Virus record (IMG/VR): IMGVR_UViG_3300032247_001025
Span: 1 to 30,846 of that record
Strand: one strand, 5' to 3'
DNA length: 30,846 bases
From: a virus
Lineage: Duplodnaviria > Caudoviricetes
Below, one piece after another: positions 26,788 through 30,846 of the stretch (its first letter is position 1; each line of letters starts with the position of its first letter). The notes beneath the pieces are model-generated. The model was not told the origin of the DNA. It saw only the letters and a list, made by a program, of their open reading frames with translations, and searched no databases. Position numbers and translations under genes: made by a program.

Positions 26788-27278
26788 GCAAATAAATCTC
26801 CTTTTTCAAAATCAAAATTTTCAAATTTAAGCTCATCATTTAAAACAGATAAAAATATTTCTTTTAAATGATTTAGTTTTTCTTTTTTTTCAAAAGAAAA
26901 TTCAGTAATTTTATCATTTTCTTGTGGGTACATTTTATGCAAAAAATATCCAAGTTGATCTTTTTTTAGATACATAGCTTCTAATCTTTTCTTTTTTATT
27001 ACATCTTCTATTCTATGCTGAATCCCCGATATTTCAAGAAATATTAAAAGCTTTTCTAAGCCGCGCTCATGATATTCGTTGAATATTAAAGTGGTAATTT
27101 CTTCCTCATCTTTTAAGTATTCAATAAAAGGATATTTGATTTTTATCCGCACTTCGCCAGGTAACGAAACAACTTTAAAAGTTTTGGGATTTGTATTATG
27201 TGGTAAGTCATGAGGATAAGTAAATTCCTTAAACTTACAATTAGGACATCCGCAATTTACATATTTTTGATTTATCAT
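26784..27278 (-). CDS. Hypothetical protein with N-terminal CGCPNC motif (164 aa)
   Basis: Start reassigned to ATG 27278 (MINQKYVNCGCPNC) because the longer ORF overlaps the tRNA. Confidence 0.65.
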   Translation of the reverse strand: MINQKYVNCGCPNCKFKEFTYPHDLPHNTNPKTFKVVSLPGEVRIKIKYPFIEYLKDEEEITTLIFNEYHERGLEKLLIFLEISGIQHRIEDVIKKKRLEAMYLKKDQLGYFLHKMYPQENDKITEFSFEKKEKLNHLKEIFLSVLNDELKFENFDFEKGDLFA

Positions 27279-27291
27279 ATTCTTTTTAATT

Positions 27292-27366
27292 TGGTTGGGA
27301 TGGAAGGATTCGAACCCACGCATAACGGGATCAAAACCCGTTGCCTTACCGCTTGGCTACATCCCA
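27292..27366 (-). tRNA. trnQ: tRNA-Gln (anticodon UUG) with encoded CCA
   Basis: TGGGATG TA GCCAAGCGGTAAGGC A ACGGG TTTTGAT CCCGT TATGC GTGGG TTCGAAT CCTTC CATCCCA A CCA folds as a cloverleaf. Confidence 0.95.
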
Positions 27367-27370
27367 TTAT

Positions 27371-27868
27371 TTATAAATCTAGTAAAGTTTGACAAATAAG
27401 TTTAACTCTCTCTTCCAAGAACTTGTGATTAGTTTTTGTGATTATTTCCACGCAATGAAAGCTCTTTTGTTGCTCAAATACCAACTCCAATATCTGCGGC
27501 AGCTTCTTATTCTCTTTCGCATTTAAATCAAATATCATCATTTTAGCTTCTTCGTATCTTCTAGAAGCATTCAATTGTGCTTGGGGCAATGTTTTTTGGT
27601 TTGGTTTTCCTCCTTTTGAAGGAGCGCTGCCGTCATACATAGGTCTTGAATGATGAGATAAGTTGGCTAACTCATAGTCATTACCGTATCTTCTGCCAGC
27701 GTGATATTCTTGCCTAGTTAAAACCCCTTTTTTATGCAATCTTTCAATCGGATCAACTAAAGTAGCACCCAACAATCTACTATTCTTAATTACCTTTTTT
27801 ACCTCTTTTCCTTGAGCTTCAATTTGATTGATTAGCCAAATATTAATCGCAGGGTGTTTTTTATTCAT
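27371..27868 (-). CDS. DUF6456 / GafZ-like late transcription regulator (Q-analogous antiterminator candidate)
   Basis: DPIERLHKKGVLTRQEYHAGRRYGNDYELA and A..RYEEA..ILELVF...sigma4-like helical end; position upstream of the late operon. Confidence 0.6.
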   Translation of the reverse strand: MNKKHPAINIWLINQIEAQGKEVKKVIKNSRLLGATLVDPIERLHKKGVLTRQEYHAGRRYGNDYELANLSHHSRPMYDGSAPSKGGKPNQKTLPQAQLNASRRYEEAKMMIFDLNAKENKKLPQILELVFEQQKSFHCVEIITKTNHKFLEERVKLICQTLLDL

Positions 27869-27870
27869 GC

Positions 27871-28119
27871 TTAATTCAGAATAAGTTTAGGTTTTTTAAC
27901 TTTAATTTGCGGCTCTTCAATTCCAATTCTTAGACTACTCTCAGGGCAATAAAGGCCTGTTTGATGAACAAAAGAAAGAATAGCTACAAGTTCCTTTTCT
28001 GTGTTATAGCTCTCTTTTTTCAAAATCATATCAAAACAATCATGTTCTTTGTTATGTTTGATTGAGAAGTAAGGATTATCTTGCTCTTGTATAGTATTTA
28101 TTGTTTTTTCTTCTAGCAT
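27871..28119 (-). CDS. Hypothetical protein
   Basis: 82-aa ORF tightly packed in the operon. Confidence 0.6.
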   Translation of the reverse strand: MLEEKTINTIQEQDNPYFSIKHNKEHDCFDMILKKESYNTEKELVAILSFVHQTGLYCPESSLRIGIEEPQIKVKKPKLILN

Positions 28120-28373
28120 AAATATGTCTCCAATTTGTTTTTTAGCCTTTTTTTATATTCTTTATGTCCAGAAACATCGTCCAACGCATAAAAGATAGTA
28201 TTCTTAATTTTTTTATTAGACCATCCCGCTCTGCAAGCAGCTAGAATAAATTCGGGCCATCTAATTAAAACATCGGCTTCTAAAATCTTCTCTATTGAGA
28301 TCTCCAGAGGTAATCCATGCGTATCATATAACATAAATAATTTTTCACCATCAAAGAATTTTTCTTCAGTCAT
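28113..28373 (-). CDS. Stand-alone alanyl-tRNA synthetase-like fragment (86 aa)
   Basis: FDGEKLFMLYDTHGLPLEI...I.W.EF aligns with the AlaRS signature LDGE.AF.LYDTYGFP.DL...VD..GF. Confidence 0.75.
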   Translation of the reverse strand: MTEEKFFDGEKLFMLYDTHGLPLEISIEKILEADVLIRWPEFILAACRAGWSNKKIKNTIFYALDDVSGHKEYKKRLKNKLETYLC

Positions 28374-28386
28374 AAAAGTATATTTG

Positions 28387-28650
28387 CTATTTAGTTAATT
28401 CCTGCACCAATTCTCTTAATGCTTTATTCTCTCTCATCAAATCCACATTCTTAAGCTTAAGCACACAATAGCGCGGAAATCTCTTGTTGCTAGCCCATGT
28501 TGATACAGTCGTTTCACTCTTCCCAATCTCTCTAGCAAAAATTTTCTGATCACCCCTTTTTTTCAATATCTCTAGCATCTTCTCACACTCTTCAAAATTT
28601 AAAGAATCATGCTCTTTCTCACTCTTTTTTTTCTCCGCCTTTTCTTTCAT
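28387..28650 (-). CDS. XRE/Cro-like helix-turn-helix regulator
   Basis: DQKIFAREIGKSETTVSTWASNKRFP HTH plus a short C-terminal coiled coil; first gene at the divergent control region. Confidence 0.8.
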   Translation of the reverse strand: MKEKAEKKKSEKEHDSLNFEECEKMLEILKKRGDQKIFAREIGKSETTVSTWASNKRFPRYCVLKLKNVDLMRENKALRELVQELTK

Positions 28651-28857
28651 TTGATTAAAGTAATTTAAAATTTATCTCGAATATTCCCGCACTTTACACC
28701 TAAAATCTTAATTTGAAACACTTTTCTATAAACTTTAAGTATTTCTTGACATCCGCTATTGCCTAGTCTTCACAAATTCCCTTTTCCTCCTACTGTCTCA
28801 TAATGCTACACTTTATTATTAATATTAAATAAATATAAAATAAATGTTAAATATATA

Positions 28858-28885
28858 TTGACACTTGAAAAGATATTTTCATAAT
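28858..28885 (+). promoter_or_regulatory. Rightward sigma70-type promoter with a palindromic operator in the spacer
   Basis: TTGACA (28858-28863), N16, CATAAT (28880-28885); AT-only UP-like tract upstream; TGAAAA-N4-TTTTCA at 28866-28881. Confidence 0.7.
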
Positions 28886-28945
28886 GTTTTTAACAAATTC
28901 AGAAAAGGATTTGATTTTAATAATAACTAAAAAACAGGGCAAGAA

Positions 28946-29113
28946 ATGCAAATTACACTTTTAATAAAAAAAACAGGGTTCGCAAATAATCAGTTGATCT
29001 ATCCCGCTTGCGACAAGTCAAAAATCTTTGCGGCAATGTTTAATCAAAAAACATTCACTCAAGACAATTTAAACCAGATCAAGGCGTTAGGCTTTGTGAT
29101 TCTTTACAAATAA
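28946..29113 (+). CDS. 55-aa early phage protein (not in the ORF track)
   Basis: Hand translation MQITLLIKKTGFANNQLIYPACDKSKIFAAMFNQKTFTQDNLNQIKALGFVILYK; the YP.C...F...KT.T...IK.LG pattern recurs in small phage ORFs. Confidence 0.7.
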   Translation: MQITLLIKKTGFANNQLIYPACDKSKIFAAMFNQKTFTQDNLNQIKALGFVILYK

Positions 29114-29130
29114 TTAAAAAAGTAAAAATT

Positions 29131-29475
29131 ATGAAACATTTAATCATTAAGAACAAAAAATTACTCGAACTAGAAAGCGAATTGAAAGGCTATCTTAGAG
29201 CAAAAGTAACTCTAAACAGCGAAGAGCATTTTCTTTATTTCAAAAAAGTTCCTGTTTGGTCTAAACTAATCGACCAGTTCCAACTAGGTCTTTTTCCGCG
29301 TGACTTCGATGTTCTTAAAAAACTATCTGACGGCAAAACTAGGCTTCTAGTAAATGGCTATAAAATCAGCTATAACAAGCTTTTTAATGAGTTCCAAACT
29401 AGTCACGATAATATCGGTCGTTGTGAAAGCTTTAGCTTCTTTGACGAAGCAGAACAATATTGTTTAAAGGGGTAA
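29131..29475 (+). CDS. Hypothetical early protein
   Basis: 114-aa ATG ORF in the rightward operon. Confidence 0.7.
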   Translation: MKHLIIKNKKLLELESELKGYLRAKVTLNSEEHFLYFKKVPVWSKLIDQFQLGLFPRDFDVLKKLSDGKTRLLVNGYKISYNKLFNEFQTSHDNIGRCESFSFFDEAEQYCLKG

Positions 29476-29477
29476 TT

Positions 29478-29624
29478 ATGCTTACAATTTATAAAAATTT
29501 ACTTCGCTTAGATTGCGCTATTTTAAAAAGTGACTCAACTCTTACAAAGATTCTTAAAAGAAAAGTTTTAAAACCAATCGGTTACTTTTTCAGAAAGAAA
29601 TATTTCTCAACTTTAATGAAATAA
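29478..29624 (+). CDS. 48-aa basic hypothetical protein (not in the ORF track)
   Basis: MLTIYKNLLRLDCAILKSDSTLTKILKRKVLKPIGYFFRKKYFSTLMK exactly fills the gap between its neighbours. Confidence 0.55.
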   Translation: MLTIYKNLLRLDCAILKSDSTLTKILKRKVLKPIGYFFRKKYFSTLMK

Positions 29625-29628
29625 CAAT

Positions 29629-29868
29629 ATGTTGCCTCAATTACGCGAAACATTCGACAAAAGCGGCGTTAAAAGATATGAAGAAACAATTTTGTTCATA
29701 TCTGAAAGCGACCCAAGAATAAACAACTCAATCAAAAATCAGTTTGGACAGCATTTCATAAGACTAAACAAAAGCATAAAATACAACGAAAACGGTAAAA
29801 TAGCTTGGCAATTAGTCTATGATGAAAATGGGAAAGTTATTCAGAATCAATCTTTTTCAAACCATTAA
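29629..29868 (+). CDS. Hypothetical early protein
   Basis: 79-aa ORF; repeated Y(N/D)ENGK motif. Confidence 0.65.
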   Translation: MLPQLRETFDKSGVKRYEETILFISESDPRINNSIKNQFGQHFIRLNKSIKYNENGKIAWQLVYDENGKVIQNQSFSNH

Positions 29869-29879
29869 ATTTAAATAAT

Positions 29880-30122
29880 ATGAAAATCAGAAAATACATA
29901 AACGCCGAAGATTTACCTCAATTTAAAGATATAATTGAATCTCTTTATCAATGCGATTATTGCGACCAAAATTATGATGAGGAGGGCAACAAAACTGATT
30001 CAGATATTTATCAAGATTATATTGAAAGTGCTTTGGAATATGGCGAAGCAGGCGATAAAATACAAAAAGAGAGTCTCTTAACTTTTATGAAAGCGAGAGA
30101 AATTGAATTCGTGAGGTTTTAA
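29880..30122 (+). CDS. Acidic hypothetical protein with CxxC
   Basis: 80 aa, Asp/Glu-rich, CDYC. Confidence 0.65.
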   Translation: MKIRKYINAEDLPQFKDIIESLYQCDYCDQNYDEEGNKTDSDIYQDYIESALEYGEAGDKIQKESLLTFMKAREIEFVRF

Positions 30123-30427
30123 TGTATATTGAAAGAAAAGACCCAAGTCCGCGACCTTATGGCAAAAATATTTTAAACGAAATTGAAAATAAATTAAGAA
30201 AAAAAACCGAAAGTAGCCCTCACGGATTTATTGATAGAGAATCTATTATTGGAATTTCTAGAGATAGCTTGAAGTTGATTGATGAATTAAAGATGGAAAA
30301 TGATTTGCTAAAACGATTGTTAGATAAAAAGAAAATTAAACTTCGTGAGGAAAGGCAATATTCTAAAAAATTAAATTATATCATAGAGTCAAAAAACGAT
30401 ATAATAACCGAAAATGAGGATTTTTAA
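30122..30427 (+). CDS. Hypothetical coiled-coil protein
   Basis: 101 aa; TAATG overlap with the upstream gene. Confidence 0.65.
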   Translation: MYIERKDPSPRPYGKNILNEIENKLRKKTESSPHGFIDRESIIGISRDSLKLIDELKMENDLLKRLLDKKKIKLREERQYSKKLNYIIESKNDIITENEDF

Positions 30428-30758
30428 AATGTCTTACACGCCTTTTAAAGAAGAAGTAAAGCAACAAAAAACCTATAAACAAATTTTAGAGAATAATTCA
30501 ATGACAATCAAAAACCGCAATATCGAAACCTTTGCTAAAACTCTTTTGCAAGAATTTGGAGGAAATCTTGAAATTCAAAACTGGGATCAAGATAAACTAA
30601 GAGATATTTTTTATGCCATAAAAAAACACGGCGACAACCCCAAAGAGTATATTGATCTGCATTATAGCGTGTCCGAAGAAAAATTTAACAACTGGCCAGA
30701 ACATATCAAAAACATTTTCAAACCAGCTAGAATTAATAAAGAGGCTAACAATGACTAA
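30414..30758 (+). CDS. Hypothetical protein
   Basis: 114-aa ORF; may start at the second Met. Confidence 0.65.
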   Translation: MRIFKMSYTPFKEEVKQQKTYKQILENNSMTIKNRNIETFAKTLLQEFGGNLEIQNWDQDKLRDIFYAIKKHGDNPKEYIDLHYSVSEEKFNNWPEHIKNIFKPARINKEANND

Positions 30759-30846
30759 ACAAGCAAAGTTTTTAACCGTAGAAGATGCAAGAATGTTTAT
30801 CTTCAAAGTAAAGTCAATTTTTCCATGCGCCACTAATGAAAAAAAC
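30751..30846 (+). CDS. Partial ORF running off the window end
   Basis: ATG at 30751 preceded by GAGG; MTKQAKFLTVEDARMFIFKVKSIFPCATNEKN... with no stop. Confidence 0.55.
   Translation, partial: MTKQAKFLTVEDARMFIFKVKSIFPCATNEKN

Larger units (their letters stand above)
14..28650 (-). mobile_element. Podovirus-like (BPP-1/epsilon15-type) phage regulatory, virion and lysis region; the element continues beyond the window
   Basis: Co-oriented TerS, TerL, portal, scaffold, capsid, tail adaptor/nozzle, ejection proteins, fibres and lysis genes; no tape-measure, tube or sheath gene. Confidence 0.95.

Noticed and set aside
27279-27323. N-terminal extension of the 179-aa ORF, and the + strand ORF 27210-27392
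   Set aside because: Both overlap the tRNA-Gln gene; ATG 27278 is the more plausible start.
27292-27366. tRNA as a prophage attachment boundary
   Set aside because: Phage-type genes continue on both sides in one operon, and no integrase or duplicated tRNA 3' end is seen.
28113-28373. Degraded host alaS pseudogene
   Set aside because: The ORF is intact, tightly packed between phage genes, has its own distinct C-terminal half, and no other alaS segments are visible nearby.
28745-28792. + strand CTTGACA promoter and minus-strand AGGAGG ribosome-binding site
   Set aside because: No -10 box at a suitable spacing, and the AGGAGG is followed only by ORFs a few codons long.
1-30846. Stop-codon reassignment with a suppressor tRNA
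   Set aside because: Genes are full length in the standard code; TAA, TAG (e.g. 19543) and TGA (e.g. 23091) all end genes; the tRNA anticodon is UUG, not CUA or UUA.

Overview
About 31 kb of an AT-rich, short-tailed (podovirus-type) dsDNA phage or prophage with a BPP-1/epsilon15-like virion module. No integrase, replication gene, reverse transcriptase or CRISPR array lies in the window. Almost everything from 28650 down to 14 is on the minus strand. In order of transcription it encodes: an XRE/Cro-like HTH protein; an 86-aa stand-alone fragment of alanyl-tRNA synthetase; a DUF6456/GafZ-like late regulator; tRNA-Gln(UUG); small Cys-rich ORFs; a promoter-leader-terminator unit; TerS; two structural-looking genes; TerL; portal; scaffold; major capsid; decoration protein; tail adaptor and nozzle; a GNAT-like protein; three ejection proteins; a receptor-binding module (three fibres, a chaperone, a LamG lectin); and a lysis cassette (holin candidates, i- and o-spanin, NlpC/P60 amidase). 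Small early-type ORFs run divergently on the plus strand from 28946. The spanins imply a Gram-negative host. The DUF6456-like gene and lack of Shine-Dalgarno motifs hint at a low-GC alphaproteobacterium (inference). The most interesting signals are: (1) the mini-AlaRS tRNA-recognition fragment near an atypical tRNA-Gln; (2) two terminators with an identical 19-bp tail sitting in front of the packaging and fibre operons, probably controlled by antitermination; (3) a shared N-terminal MSKxSPFNY peptide on two otherwise different fibres; (4) structured RNA leaders upstream of capsid-related genes. All family assignments come from motif recognition by eye, not from database searches.
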